63,961 nucleotides of DNA, filler included, from Octopus bimaculoides (GCF_001194135.2; 7 parts of 6 records of this genome joined end to end with filler, not necessarily neighbours in it), one strand, 5' to 3'; shown: positions 26,310-41,048, counted from the first letter of the whole stretch. The notes: generated by a model not told the origin, from the letters alone. A program made the numbers and translations.

Positions 26310-26560
26310 ATATACATATATATAAATCGCCATCCGTTAGAGAAAAATTTGTAGTTTGGAATCAGTAGTTCTTTGACTGCTATTTCTAAATTTTCAGTAT
26401 GTTGGTGAAGCATCTCATGCTAAGCCATATGTATTTATGATTAAAATGGTTTTACCGATAAAGGTTTTTTTTCATACTGAACTACTTGGCGAAATTGTTA
26501 ATTATTAATTTTATTACTAATTGGCTATTCCCTGCCCTATATCTGTATATTTATAAATAC

Positions 26561-26595
<35 letters not shown>

Positions 26596-27180
26596 TGCAT
26601 ATATGGATATACATACACACATACACACATACGCATATACATTCGCATATATGTATGTATGTGTGCGCGCGTGTGACTGAGTGTATTTATTTATGTCGAA
26701 CGTTCATCTATAAAATTAGAGTGAATCGACTTCTATGTCATTATGACTTCTGAAGTTAGTAAAACCAAGCAATTTCCTTTGCAAATGTTGGTCAGAACAC
26801 GAGAAATAAATTCTTTATTCTACGCCTTCCTTCAAGTCTTCTCCTCTGCAACCGTCTTCTCCAGTGGCCGTCTGTCGCTTTTATTCCATATAAGTAGTTA
26901 TATACGAACATATATATAGATACAAACACACATAACAACGTATGATACATACATACACACACATATATACATATATACATACATGCATACATGCATACAC
27001 GCATACATACATGAATACATGCAAATATACATATATACATATACATATGTATATACGTGTGTGTGTCTGTGTGTATATATATTTATATACATACTAATAT
27101 ATTGTGTATATATATCTATGAATATATACATATATATGTGTATATGTATATATGTATTTATATATATATATATGTATACA

Positions 27181-27283
<103 letters not shown>

Positions 27284-27764
27284 NNNNNNNNNNNNNNNNN
27301 NNNNNNNNNNNNNNNNNNNNNNNNNNNTTAATTAATTAANNNNNNNNNNNNNNNNNNNNNNNNNNNNNNNNNNNNNNNNNNNNTATCCAGATTACAAGTT
27401 CAGGTTTATATCTGTAATTATTGGGGCACTGGGCTATGTAACACACTGCCTAAATACCAATCATGAGAAATTAAGCTTCTTGAAACTAGAAAGGAGAAAG
27501 CTGATTCGAAGATTACAAATCTAGTCCATCACTGGAACTGTAAAAATCTGTAAAACTTTCCATTTTAGTACATATGAGCATGTCTAGATATGTAACTATA
27601 TGCATGAGAAGACACACATAAAACAAGACATACAAATCTGCACATATACATACAAACAAAAATACCCTGTTGATGTTGGTGAAATTCCAATGAAAGAGCC
27701 TTGGATCTAGGTTAGAAACTGGTTCTTTCTCTATTGGCAAGAAATCTTGAAATAAAATTGAATA

Positions 27765-27940
27765 ATGACATACATACATACATACATGCATGCATGCATG
27801 CATGCATGCATGCATGCATACATACATACATACGTACATACATACATACATACATGCATGCATGCATACATACATACATACATGCATACATGCATACATA
27901 CATACATACATGCATACATACATACATACATACATACACA
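27765..27940. repeat. (CATA/CATG)n tetranucleotide microsatellite; similar arrays at 32745-33139, 56341-56450, 57108-57240, 20338-20426
   Basis: Direct reading. These arrays cause the MYVC/HTYI pseudo-ORFs. Confidence 0.95.
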
Positions 27941-28513
27941 CATTAGGTGCAGGCATAATTATGTGGTTAATAAGTTTGCTCACAAACCATATAGTTTCAG
28001 GTTTCATGTTCAGTATGTATGTGTTTGTGAGTGTATGTTTGTGTCTCTTTGACACAAGGCTTTGGTTGGCCCGAGGCTATAGCTGAAGACACTTGCCCAA
28101 GGTGCAATGCAGTGGGACTGAACCCAGGACCATGTGGTTGGTGAGCAAGCCACTCAAAAAAGATCTGTAATACAAGAAGATGGAAATGAACAGGCTTTAA
28201 TCCAAATTGCAACAATTGTTTCTGTGCATTAGCATCAGCTGCTAGTTGCGGAATGTTTTGCTTACTATTACCCAGATGATAATGAATTATTTGTATGTAT
28301 ATATGAAAGTGAGCTGAAATGTTCAAAGACTGACTATGAAGGTGTGATGCTAGAGCTGTGAAATCTTGCATGCATTAATTTCAATTGTTCTTATTAATGA
28401 CTGCATTGTTTCTTTTGAGATAAACTGACATCTGACTGTTCAAAAAGACTTCATAAGTAACTAGTTGTGACTCCTTGTCAAAGTAGACAAAACTTAGAAT
28501 TGTGGTGTTATCA

Positions 28514-28878
28514 AGTTGTTGGCACTCCATCACTTACGACGTCGAGGGTTCCAGTTGATCAGCCTGCTCGTGAAATTAACGTGCAAGTGGCTGAGCAATC
28601 TACAGACACGTGTACCCTTAACGTAGTTCTCGGGGAGATTCAGCATGACACAGTGTGACAAGGCTGACCCTTTCAATTACAGGCACAACAGAAACAGGAA
28701 GTAAGAGAAAGTTGTGGTGGAAGAGTACAGCAGGGTTCACCACCATTCCCTGCCAGAGCCTCGTGGAGCTTTAGGTGTTTTCGCTCAATAAACACTCACA
28801 ATGCCCGCTCTGGGAATCGAAACCGAGATCCTGTGACCGTGAGTCTGCTGCCTTAACCACTGGGCCATTGCGCCTCCA
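28514..28878 (-). mobile_element. Full-length tRNA-derived SINE (family B), 11-bp TSD
   Basis: TSD TGGTGTTATCA at 28503-28513 and 28879-28889. tRNA head and (AAC)-like tail. Homologous to 42110 and 51729. Confidence 0.92.
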
Positions 28879-29470
28879 TGGTGTTATCAGCAGAAGAAAG
28901 GTTTAGACTTCAAGGGCATTCATGCTGACATGGTTGCAGCAATTGCCTTTTCATGCTACTTATTACATTTCATTTTTCTTAAACTGTTTTACACTGAACA
29001 CACATCAGGTTTTTCTCAAGCATTGCTGGTAACATGCAACCCAGTACAATCTGTTGCATAGTCATGTTGTTAGCAACTAAATCAGCAACACCACCAAGCT
29101 TGCTAGACAAGAAGGTGATTTTTGGACAATCTGCCTAAGGACAGGAAATTGAGATGACTATCCAAGAGTGTGTTAAAATAATTGATCTATGATTAGCCTG
29201 AGAAAAAATAAACTGTTTCACCTATGGCTCATTGAGAACTAAGGAACAAGATTTAAGAAGAGTTAATTGTACAGCGAGAAGGAAAGAGGGAAAAAAGGAA
29301 AACCATTTTTACAAACTCATACATATACATATAAACACATACATATGCATATATAAATATACAATATACATACATGCACACACGTATTCATACATAAATA
29401 CATACATACGTATACACATAAATGTATTACATATTTGCATACATATATACTTTACATAAATACATGCATA

Positions 29471-29503
<33 letters not shown>

Positions 29504-29810
29504 GATTTAATGCCCATCTTCCATGCATGCATGCATGGGTAGAACAGTTGACAGGAGCTACTCGGGTAAAAAACTACCCTAAGCTACTGTGCCTCTTTTG
29601 GTAGGGTTTTTACAGCTGTATGCCCTCCCTAACACCAACCACTTTGCAGAGTGGACTCAGTGATTTTTACATGGCACTAACACAGACAAGGTTGGTTTTG
29701 GCATGATTTTTATAACTGGATGCCCTTCCAAATGCCAACCGCTTTACAGTGTGGACTGGATGCTTTTTACATGACACCAGCACTGGCAGAGTCACCAAGT
29801 AACTCACAAG
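29471..29810 (-). mobile_element. (GAT)n-tailed retroposon 3' end (RTE-like)
   Basis: (CAT)n tract followed by the family body, which has an internally duplicated GGTTGGCATT/GTTAGGAAGGGCAT block. Confidence 0.75.
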
Positions 29811-30041
29811 ACAAGGAATTATGAGAAGGGCAGGGGAATTTGAGGAGGGGAACTTGTGTCAGAGGATGAAAGGTTAGAGGGTGACAGAGAAACAGGGAGG
29901 TAGAAACAGGTGTCTTGCTATAATGGAGTGGGGGGTGCATTGGAAGAGGTGATCTGGTATCAGATGATGAAAGGTTAGAGTGTGACAGAGAAATAGAGAA
30001 GCAGGAATAGGTGTCTTACTATAGAGGAGGTATACAGTTAC

Positions 30042-30084
<43 letters not shown>

Positions 30085-31284
30085 GCGAGAAGAAAAATAG
30101 AGAGAGAAGAGAAAGAGAGGGAGAGAAAGAGAGGGAAAGAAAGAGAGAAAAAAGAGAGACAGGTACAAGAAAGAGGACAGAAACAGGTGTGCTGATGTAA
30201 AGGAAATACTTGATTACCTAGTCAGAGGGAAAAGCAGGAGAAGGAGAAAGAGAGTTAGGAAGAATGAGGGCAGAAGAATGAGTGCAGCTGTAGAGGAGAT
30301 ACATGGCTATCCAACCAGAGGGAAGAGCAAGGGAAAGAGAGAGAGAGAGAGAGAGAGCAGGAAACAGCAAAAGTGCAAGAGAGAGCAGGAGAGAGATGGT
30401 GAAGCATCAAGGTTTAATGTGAAGGTAGAGTAAGGAAGAGAGAGGTATGCAGGTCATAATATATGCGATCAGGTATTGCCAAGAAGGCACAAGTAGGAGT
30501 GGGGATAGCAGTGACTGGTGAAAACCTGGGTGGAAAAATGGTGTGATGGGGGTGGAAAGCAGTGATACAACGAGCAGGTCAGTAAGGGAAGGAAAGGGGA
30601 TTGGAAGACAATTATAGTTTATAAAGAGGAAATATGAAGAAGAGAATAAGATGCAGTTTAGAAGAGGTGATGTAGTTTAGTTTCTTGGGGTAGGGTGTGT
30701 GAAAAGTTTGTTGTTACATGTGGGTGGGACGCAATGTTTCTAGCACTGAGTTTCGCTGATATGGGCAGGTCTTCTCTAGAATCCCATATCGCCAAACATC
30801 TTGGTCCATTGTGTCTCTTTAAATAGCCTTTTATTTTCCACCAATAGGCAAATGCTATTTATGCATCTCTTCACAATTTTTAACTTTGCCTTTCTGATCT
30901 CCAGTTTCATTTGAAATCTATCCATTTCATTCTTTTCTTCCAGTTTCTTCCTTGTCATTCTCTGTCTCTTATACAAACATAGATTTAATGCAAACAGAGG
31001 TGAATATGTGGCTGTGTGGTTAGAAGTTTGCTTTTCAATGACATAGTTATGAGATCAGTCCCACTATGAGGCTGACGAAAACTTTGCAAATTAATTTGGG
31101 AGATGGAAACTGAAAGAGGCCCTACATTTTATATAAATGTATATATATTTACATGAATGTGTGTGTGTGTGTGTGTGTGTGTTACTATCTTCTTGTTTAG
31201 AGTATGACAAATTGTTTGTTTCTAGTTTTCTGTGAAAATATGTCTGTTCATGGGAAAATATAACTGAACTTGGAAACGTATGAG

Positions 31285-31378
31285 GAATGGCAAGAGGAAA
31301 GGCATCTAGCCATAGAAAATCCATCCACCTCAGCAAACTCTGTCCAGCCCATGTAAGCATGGAAAACTGAACGTTAAA

Positions 31379-31456
<78 letters not shown>

Positions 31457-31467
31457 GTGATGATGAT
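31285..31467 (+). mobile_element. (GAT)n-tailed retroposon 3' end with an expanded (GAT)n tail
   Basis: ...CATGGAAAACTGAACGTTAAAA followed by a long GAT run (31380-31467). Confidence 0.75.
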
Positions 31468-32151
31468 TACAAAGATGATAAATATGTCATACAGAGCTTA
31501 GTTGACTTTATTTCGAAAGCAACCACACCAAGCATTTCTACTGTTCAACAAACAATTCTGTCACCAAAGAAGGAAGTGTTCCAAGCAATTTGGAGTAATA
31601 AGATAATTAGGTTAAAATTCACTTCAATTTGTCACATCTAATCTAATAAATTTATTATATATAAACACAGCAAATATAGGCCAGAGATTAAACTTCTTCC
31701 TGTTGTATTCTTTAAGTTAGCTTCTTATCATCTAAATACAGGAATTGGGTTGCTTGCAGCAGCATAGCTATATAGTAAATCAAATGGCTTTATTTCCTCT
31801 TGTTTTATGGTTCTTTCATTATCTAGCTTGACTAGAGAAAAGAATGACAGAATTTTTTTAAAGTCTCTTTTAATGTCATAGAAGTTTCTATGAACCAAGA
31901 ATCCTACACTTCCACTTCTCATATACCAAGTGCCAAATGGTAATTCAAGATAAAACTTATATTTTTTATCTTTTACTTGCTTCACTCATTGGCCTATGGC
32001 CATGCTGAGGCATCACTTTTAAAGGGCTTAGAAAAACAAACCTAGTATTTACTTTTAAGTCTGATACTTATGCTAATGGAGTCCATCAAGGCTGAGTCCT
32101 TAGTCCCCGCCCATTCATCATAGTCCAACAGGTCATCACAAAGGAGTTTAA

Positions 32152-32370
32152 CCCTTTAGTGTTCAGATTATTCTATTAAACACAATGCTTACTGATTCAC
32201 ATTGATTTGAATTAATCATGCATTATCTCATATCTTCAAGATCTTGATGGTGTAATTACTTAATGTAGAATAACATTGTAGGGTAGGTGTGAGAGCCTGG
32301 ATCTGGTCAGTTTGAACATTAAACAGATTAAATATTTTGGCCGGATATGGCTGGTTTAAATACTAAAGGG
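32152..32370. mobile_element. 219-bp piggyBac-type MITE with TTAA TSD
   Basis: TTAA-CCCTTTAGT ... ACTAAAGGG-TTAA. A second, diverged copy lies at 52780-53000. Confidence 0.85.
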
Positions 32371-33068
32371 TTAAGACTGGCTGCCCATAGGAACTGAATC
32401 TATAGCTGAATCTATAATGGAATTAGAGAAGCAATTCCAGGTATGTAAGCTAAATCTGGAATTGGGAGATCTTAAAATAAACTTAGCAAAGATGAAAGTT
32501 TTAGAAGCACAGCAGGCAGGACTCTGGTAAACTCAGGGAAATGGCCTTACTTGATACAGAGAAAAAGAGTAGATATAAACTTCATATACTGCACACAGTG
32601 TAAGTTATGGGACACACAAGAGACTAGTGGAATCATAGCCAGATTAACAAACAGAAAACAAGCTTCATATATGACAGATGCACTGGAGAAGTACATTCTA
32701 TGAACACATCAGAAATAAACTCCCTTGAATGTCTGGATGGCTACTATGTATGTATGTGTGTATGTATGTATGTATGTGTGTGTGTGTATGTATGTATGTA
32801 TGTATGTATGTATGTATGTATGTATGTATGTATGTGTGTGTATGTATGTATGTAAGTGTGTGTGCGTGCGTGCATGTGTGCATGTGTACATGCATGCATG
32901 CGTGCACGTATGCATGATTGCATGCATGTATGTATGTATGTATGTGTGTTTGCATGCATGCATGTATGTATGCTTATATATGTAACTATATGCATGAGAA
33001 TACATACATAAAACATACAAGTCTGCACATACATACATACATACATACATACATACATACATACATAC

Positions 33069-33099
<31 letters not shown>

Positions 33100-34063
33100 C
33101 TTACATACATACATATATACATGCATACATACATACATANNNNNNNNNNNNNNNNNNNNNNNNNNNNNNNNNNNNNNNNNNNNNNNNNNNNNNNNNNNNN
33201 NNNNNNNNNNNNNNNNNNNNNNNNNNNNNNNNNNNNNNNNNNNNNNNNNNNNNNNNNNNNNNNNNNNNNNNNNNNNNNNNNNNNNNNNNNNNNNNNNNNN
33301 NNNNNNNNNNNNNNNNNNNNNNNNNNNNNNNNNNNNNNNNNNNNNNNNNNNNNNNNNNNNNNNNNNNNNNNNNNNNNNNNNNNNNNNNNNNNNNNNNNNN
33401 NNNNNNNNNNNNNNNNNNNNNNNNNNNNNNNNNNNNNNNNNNNNNNNNNNNNNNNNNNNNNNNNNNNNNNNNNNNNNNNNNNNNNNNNNNNNNNNNNNNN
33501 NNNNNNNNNNNNNNNNNNNNNNNNNNNNNNNNNNNNNNNNNNNNNNNNNNNNNNNNNNNNNNNNNNNNNNNNNNNNNNNNNNNNNNNNNNNNNNNNNNNN
33601 NNNNNNNNNNNNNNNNNNNNNNNNNNNNNNNNNNNNNNNNNNNNNNNNNNNNNNNNNNNNNNNNNNNNNNNNNNNNNNNNNNNNNNNNNNNNNNNNNNNN
33701 NNNNNNNNNNNNNNNNNNNNNNNNNNNNNNNNNNNNNNNNNNNNNNNNNNNNNNNNNNNNNNNNNNNNNNNNNNNNNNNNNNNNNNNNNNNNNNNNNNNN
33801 NNNNNNNNNNNNNNNNNNNNNNNNNNNNNNNNNNNNNNNNNNNNNNNNNNNNNNNNNNNNNNNNNNNNNNNNNNNNNNNNNNNNNNNNNNNNNNNNNNNN
33901 NNNNNNNNNNNNNNNNNNNNNNNNNNNNNNNNNNNNNNNNNNNNNNNNNNNNNNNNNNNNNNNNNNNNNNNNNNNNNNNNNNNNNNNNNNNNNNNNNNNN
34001 NNNNNNNNNNNNNNNNNNNNNNNNNNNNNNNNNNNNNNNNNNNNNNNNNNNNNNNNNNNNNNN

Positions 34064-34113
<50 letters not shown>

Positions 34114-34151
34114 GTATGTGCGTGTATATATTTGTGTGTGTGTGTGTGTGT

Positions 34152-34345
34152 TTGTACCCCCACCATCGCTTGATAACCGATGTTGCTGTGTTTACGTCTC
34201 CATAACTTAGCAGTTTGGCAAAACACACTGATAGAATAAGTACTAGGCCTACAAAGTATAAATCCTGCGGTTGATTTGTTTGGCAAAAGGTAGTGCCCCA
34301 GCGTGGCTGCAGTCACATGACTGAAATAAGTAAAACAATAAAAAA
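34152..34345 (+). mobile_element. 3' half of the microsatellite-containing SINE (also 37250-37433 on +, 36100-36322 on -)
   Basis: TTTGTACCCCCACCATCGCTTGA...AATAAGTACTAGG...ATGACTGAAA body directly after a (TA/TG)n tract. Confidence 0.8.
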
Positions 34346-34861
34346 CTGTGCCATTTTAATCTCGACCACCGCCATGTGTCGCTGCTAGTACAATATAATT
34401 GTATATTTATAAATGAGTGTAGATATGATGTTCTGGTGAGCTGACAAGTTAGTTTTCTTTATCTGCACTGATTTGTAAACATATAATTGTATCACATAAT
34501 GCATTGCATGCATATGCAGACATGTAAACATAATTTATCATACACTAAAATTATTATTACATGAAGAAGGATGTAAAATGGCTGTAATCCTGAGGATGAC
34601 AAGGGTGGTTAAATAAATATATTCATCTCTCATATGTCCTGTGGTTTTTATGGTGTGTGTATGTGTGTATATATATATATATANNNNNNNNNNNNNNNNN
34701 NNNNNNNNNNNNNNNNNNNNNNNNNNNNNNNNNNNNNNNNNNNNNNNNNNNNNNNNNNNNNNNNNNNNNNNNNNNNNNNNNNNNNNNNNNNNNNNNNNNN
34801 NNNNNNNNNNNNNNNNNNNNNNNNNNNNNNNNNNNNNNNNNNNNNNNNNNNNNNNNNNNNN

Positions 34862-34899
<38 letters not shown>

Positions 34900-34901
<2 letters not shown>

Positions 34902-35738
34902 CAAATAATATATGAGTATATGCATATATACATACATGTATGTACATACCTACATCTACATGTATATATAGATGCATATCGGGGTACAGGACGTAGCAAA
35001 AACAAACGTGGACAAAATGATAAACGGAGTACAGAAAACATACAGGCCACATAGAGAACATTTCCTTCTTCAGCTGCCACCATTCTAAAACTAAGTGTTT
35101 CAAAGAGTTAGGGCAGGACACATTGTCAGAATGGCTCTTCCCACGGACCACAAATTAAATTTAAATTAAATTTGTAACGTGGAGGAATGTAGTGGCGGAC
35201 AGAAAACAAGACAGGAAAACGAAACAGTGAAAATAAACAAGAAAGGCTATACGGCCAGACATGAAAAAAAATATGTGTATACTGAATGCAGTCAAGCAAT
35301 GAACTGGAAGGGAGACAAAGAATGTTCGTGTGAGCTTCACGAAAGCGAAGATATGAAAGGAAGAGAAGTAGCCAAACACATGACCAGCAAAGGGTAAGGA
35401 GAAAGAGTGGTAGAGGGAGAAAAAAGGGGGATGAAGTAGAACATAGGTGAGCAAAGAGAGACAGGGAGGTGGAAAGAGATATAGTAGTGAAGGAGAGAGG
35501 CGAAGAACAACAGATGGAAGAACGAGATGGGGAGAAAGATATAAAGGTAGACAGAGTCGGGTCAATAAAATAAAGTTTAAAACTTACTTGCAAGGAGGAC
35601 GTGTGCGTTCGATCATGTTATACAAATAATATATGAGTATATGCATATATACGTACATGTATATACATACCTACGTCTACATGTATATATAGATGCATAT
35701 CTGGGTACAGGACGTAGCAAAAAATACGTGGACAAAAT
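34900..35738. repeat. About 118-bp direct repeats (34900-35018 / 35621-35738) flanking about 600 bp of purine-rich DNA
   Basis: Near-identical TACAAATAATATATGAG...CGTGGACAAAAT at a 721-bp offset. Confidence 0.85.
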
Positions 35739-36533
35739 AACACGGGTGTGTATGATTGTGTATAGAAGAATACATTAATCAAAGGAATTCCAACTTTGTC
35801 TGACTTTCACGTTTTATTTACAATTTTATAATAATGTAATATAATGAAATGATAGAATGTTAAATGTTCATTCTGATTGAACTAGTACTTTCAAGTTATG
35901 TTTTACAATTTACAACTGTAGTGAGATAGCTAAAATGTATGCCTTAAATACATTTTTATAGGGTCCACAATGTTTAGTTTTGCAAACCAATCAGTGTGTG
36001 GCTTCACTAAATTATCTAAGTTGATTGGGTGTTCAGGTATCATGGTTTGTTGAACATGTCAAGACACTTATATTTTGACCTTGGCGAAAGCAGTAATTGT
36101 TTACTCTTTTACTCTTTTACTTGTTTCAGTCATTTGACTGTGGCTATGCTGGAGCACCGCCTTTAGTCAAGCAAATCGACCCTGGGACTTATTCTTTGTA
36201 AGCCTAGTACTTATTCTATCGGTCTCTTTTACCGAACTGCTAAGTTACGGGGACATAAACACACCAGCATCGGTTGTCAAGCAATGCTAGGGGGACAAAC
36301 ACAGACACACAAACACACACACATATACATATATATATATATATATATATAAATATACACATGTATGTATATATATTTGTGTATATATATATAATATATT
36401 TATATATACGTGTATGTATATATACATCTATATTTGTCTGTCTGTCTATCTATTGTATATTTATATATATTGAATTTGTTGAACTTTGTTTTATAAGTTA
36501 AATCATATACTTATATATATATATATATATATA

Positions 36534-36750
36534 TCATCATCATCATCATCATCGTTTAACGTCCGCTTTCCATGCTAGCATGGGTTGGACGATTTGACTG
36601 AGGACTGGTGAAACCGGATGGCAACACCAGGCTCCAATCTGATTTGGCAGAGTTTCTACAGCTAGATGCCCTTCCTAACGCCAACCACTCAGAGAGTGTA
36701 GTGGGTGCTTTTACGTGTCACCCGCACGAAGGCCAGTCAGGCGGTACTGG
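36534..36750 (-). mobile_element. (GAT)n-tailed retroposon, young-looking copy (CpGs retained)
   Basis: (CAT)n-CGTTTAACGTCCGC...GATGCCCTTCCTAACGCCAACC. Confidence 0.8.
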
Positions 36751-36877
36751 ATATATNNNNNNNNNNNNNNNNNNNNNNNNNNNNNNNNNNNNNNNNNNNN
36801 NNNNNNNNNNNNNNNNNNNNNNNNNNNNNNNNNNNNNNNNNNNNNNNNNNNNNNNNNNNNNNNNNNNNNNNNNNNNN

Positions 36878-36917
<40 letters not shown>

Positions 36918-36920
<3 letters not shown>

Positions 36921-37164
36921 GGTGTTGCCAGCGTCATGTAAATAGCTCCTGTGAAATTGTGGTCATGGCTGTTGCTGGTATCATATAAATGGCACCCATT
37001 ACACTCTTGGAGTGGTTGATGTTAGGTAGGGCATCCAGCCCTAGAAACCATGTCAAATCAGACTGGAACTTGGTGCAGCTCTCCAGCTTGCCTGTTCCAA
37101 ACAAACTGTCTAACCCATGCCAGCATGAAAAGCAGACATTAAATGATGATGATGATGATGATGT
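36918..37164 (+). mobile_element. (GAT)n-tailed retroposon in inverted orientation to the 36534 copy
   Basis: GGTTGATGTTAGGTAGGGCATCC...GACATTAAATGATGATGATG. Confidence 0.8.
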
Positions 37165-37432
37165 AGATATAAACTTATATATATATGTGTGTGTGTATGT
37201 GTGTGCATATGTGCATGTGTGTATGTGTGTGATTGTCATTGTGTTTGTATTTGTCCCACACCACCACTTGACAACCAGTGTTGGTGTGTTTACATCCATG
37301 CAGCTTAGTGATTTGGCAAAAGAGACAAATATAGGATTAGTACCAGGCTAAAAACAATTAGCACTGGGTTGGTTCATTCAACTAAAATTCTTCAAGGCAG
37401 TGCCCTATCATACCCACAGGCTAATGACAGAA

Positions 37433-37495
<63 letters not shown>

Positions 37496-38517
37496 CAAAT
37501 CAGTGTAGATATGATGTTCTGGTGATCTGACAAATTAGCTTTCTTTATCCGCATTGGTTTGTAAATATACGATTATATCATATAATCATGTAATAAATTC
37601 TAGACAGGAACAAGCATTGAAATGCTTGCACATGACAAAATTCACATTTGCCAAGTATAAATGAACAATACTCATTTAAACAATAGAAGGTTTCGAAATA
37701 ATGGACTATAAATGATTATCCAATAAAAACTTGAAATAAGAATTGCTCATGTCTAACTTAATGGAGAGCTCTACAGCATACAATGCAGAGTAGATACACG
37801 AAAATCTTTAAACAGCCAAATCAAAGAATATCAAGAAAAGACCCCGAAGAAACTGCACCAGTTTTATAGTATGGTTGCAATTGCAACGGTTACTAATCGG
37901 TGCAAATGAAACATTTGTTGGTCTGTGTAAGGCGCTATATAATTAAAGAATTAAAGGTAATTCTATGCAACTTCATAGTAATCCTTATTATTAATATTAT
38001 ATGTGTGTATATATGTATATGTATAAGATATATACAGAGATAGATAGAAAGAGATACACATGTGAATAATTGTCAGTTATGATATATTTGACTACAAAAA
38101 GACCTTGTAAAGTTCAAGAAACCTAGTGATGATCTATGTTGGAAAAATTAGTGAAGGAAGAAAGTTGAATAAGCCTGTATTGTGAAATGAATTCTACTGT
38201 GTCTGGTATAGATCTTTGCTGGAGAAGAAAATGGGTGTTGCTTGAAACCTTAGAATCCTCTTCTCCCTATGGCACCTCTCCCCACTCACCCATACTGTTA
38301 TTCAATTTCATTTGCTTTCTTCTTAACTGACAGTAATTTTAGATTACAGCTTTGACTACATTTCACTAAGTTAACCACATATATATTTATATACACACAC
38401 ACATACAAATATATATGTATATATATATAAATACATACACACACGCACGCACACGCACACACACGCAGACACATACACACATATAAATAGATATAGATAT
38501 ATATATATATATATATA

Positions 38518-41048
38518 CAGGCATACCTCACCCTACGCTGTTAATTGGTTCCAGGAGACATGACTTAAGTAAAAAAAATGACTTAAGTTGAATTAACTTG
38601 TCTCTGGGCTAGGCTAGGCCTGGCCAAATTTACTTGTCTCTAGGCTAAACCGTTAATAACCATTCCCAGTTCTGTACTTTATTTATGAATGCATTTTCTA
38701 TAATACATGGTTAATAAAAACCTATTTTAAGCTTACAACCAAATAAATTTTTTTTTAAAACAGTACAGTAAAAAAAAAGTAATCTAAATTTGCGAATACA
38801 ATTTGGCAGTGTTTACCGTACATTGCAGATGCTTTATTTATGAATGCAACTTGCAATAAGATATGGTAAAATGAAAACTTTTTTTAAGCTTAAAAAACAA
38901 ATTCAGTAATTATTATTATTTTGCAATAGTAAAAAAAAAAACTAAATTATGTTAAATTTACCAATATGTACATACAGTTTGGTGGTTTACATTGCGGATG
39001 GAGATGGCTGTGGATCATCAATATCGACAGCTGACTCTGGCTGTTCTTGTTGCTCAATGTACTTAAAAAACCGATTGAGAGTTCCTTGAACTGTCTTCTT
39101 CTTTTCTTCAAAGATTACATTATAAGGAGCAAAAGCTTCTTGATAAGCCCCCATAATCTTGGAAAAGCGTTGAGCATTTGGATCCATATCCTCAAACATA
39201 CAAAGACCTTTTTCAATATATGCAAATGCTTGTTGCATTTTCTTAATGGTAAAGTGACATGACTCAGGCTCAATTTCTTCTTTATTTTGCTGCTCATGAA
39301 GCTCTATCAAATACTCGTTTATCGGGGCTGCTTCTTTTAAAAATAAATCTGTGAAATCCTCCTCCTCCAAATCCATTTCCAGTTCTTTGCTCATAGTCAC
39401 CAACGTTTTGTTGATGGCAACATTATCAAACCTCTTGAAATCATTCACAAATTGCAGGCATAGCTTCTTCCATGCATCAATCATAGCCGTGTTCTATACA
39501 TCATTCCATGCTGCTGCTATGTTCTGTACAACTTTGTAGATATCGTATCTCTTCCAAAGGTTATGAAGTGTGATGGACTCAACAAGATTAGTTGCAGCTA
39601 TTGCTTTCTGCAGAGTATGCTTCATATAGTAACGCTTGCAGATAGTAATTATTCCCTGATTTGTTGGCTGTAGAAGATACGTGGTGTTTGGAGGTAATGT
39701 TGGGGTCAAATTCTACAATGTTTTGTGGGTGGCCAGGAGCATTATCTAAGATAAGTAAAACCTTAAAAGGAATCTCCTTCTCCTTACAGTACTTCTCTGC
39801 TACTGGGATAAAATGATTGAAGAACCAATCTTCAAAAACAACAACAGTAACTCATGCGTTTGAATTAGCCATCCATATAATAGGGAGAGATGCCTTGGGC
39901 ATGTTCTTCAGGGTATGGTACACAAGCAATGGCTTTAGCTTAAAATCTTCTGCACAATTATCTCCCAACATAATGGTCACACAATGAACGGTCTGGCAGT
40001 TTTTTCTAATACAATCCAGTTTCATCTACATTAAAAATCTGTTTGGGAAGGAACCCATTTTCTTCAATGATTTTCTTTAATGCATTAGGAAATTGCACTG
40101 CTGCTTGTTCATCAGCTGATGCACTTTCACCTTGCTTCTTAATGGAGAGATAACTTCTTCACTCCTTAAATCTCATGAACCATCTTTGACTTATCTTGAA
40201 CTCTACATCTTTCTCATCTGGATATTTTTTCTTCAGGTACTCAAACAACAACACTTTCTCTTGAATGATTTCTTGACTAATAGTATCACACTGATGATTC
40301 AACTTAACAATCCAAAGAGAAAGAAAACTTCCCATTTCTTCAAAGATTTTGCTTCTTCTCCTATTGATTACAGTTTTCTTCCTCCCTGGGGCTTCAGATT
40401 TGATGTGTGCTAAAATCTTATCCTTATCATGTACAATCATTGATACAGTTGTCCGATTCATCCCCAAAGATTATGCAATTGCTACCACTTTTTCACCTTT
40501 CTCATGGCATTTTAGCATATCCAGTTTATCTTCCAGCGCTATACCATGACGCATAGCACTTTCACTATGAATTTTCTTAGGAGCCATGGGGACAAAAAAT
40601 GAAGTCACAAATGAATGAGAATGAGAAAGAAGCCAATAAACAGACGTAAACAAATTTGAATTCAAAACAATCGCAAGAATCACAAGTGACAACGTTGCCT
40701 AATGGTAGATATTGGAACTACAGTGCAATATGAGCTCCGAAAGATCAATAAATAAGACAACACAGCTGATTTCATGATTTCATTCACTAAGCTATACTAC
40801 TTTATGGTGTGTATCTTAACATTTACTGCATGCATTTTAATATGATTTTATATGATCTTATTCTTTTTTATTGTACAATAACATGCTTTTATGTTTTTAA
40901 CAGTTCTCTAGTGATTTTACGATTCCAATATTTGTGGTGGACAGATGTAAAGTCAAGGAAATGACTTCACTTGATTTTTATTTTTCCATATATTATTTTG
41001 GAAAAATGACATATAATCAAGAATGAGTTAAATCGAAATGACTTTGGC

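Noticed and set aside
31073-31120. CTGACGA...GAAAC as a hammerhead
   Set aside because: GAAAC belongs to the SINE motif GGAAACTGAAAGAAG. There is no GUH triplet or proper stem I/II.
31728-31985. 85-aa minus-strand ORF that reads like protein
   Set aside because: It starts inside a SINE tail, has no credible splice sites and no recognisable domain.
34417-37590. About 85-bp similar segments at 34417-34500 and 37503-37590, each after a SINE 3' half
   Set aside because: Probably an old local duplication or an unrecognised repeat. There is no structural or coding signal worth a claim.
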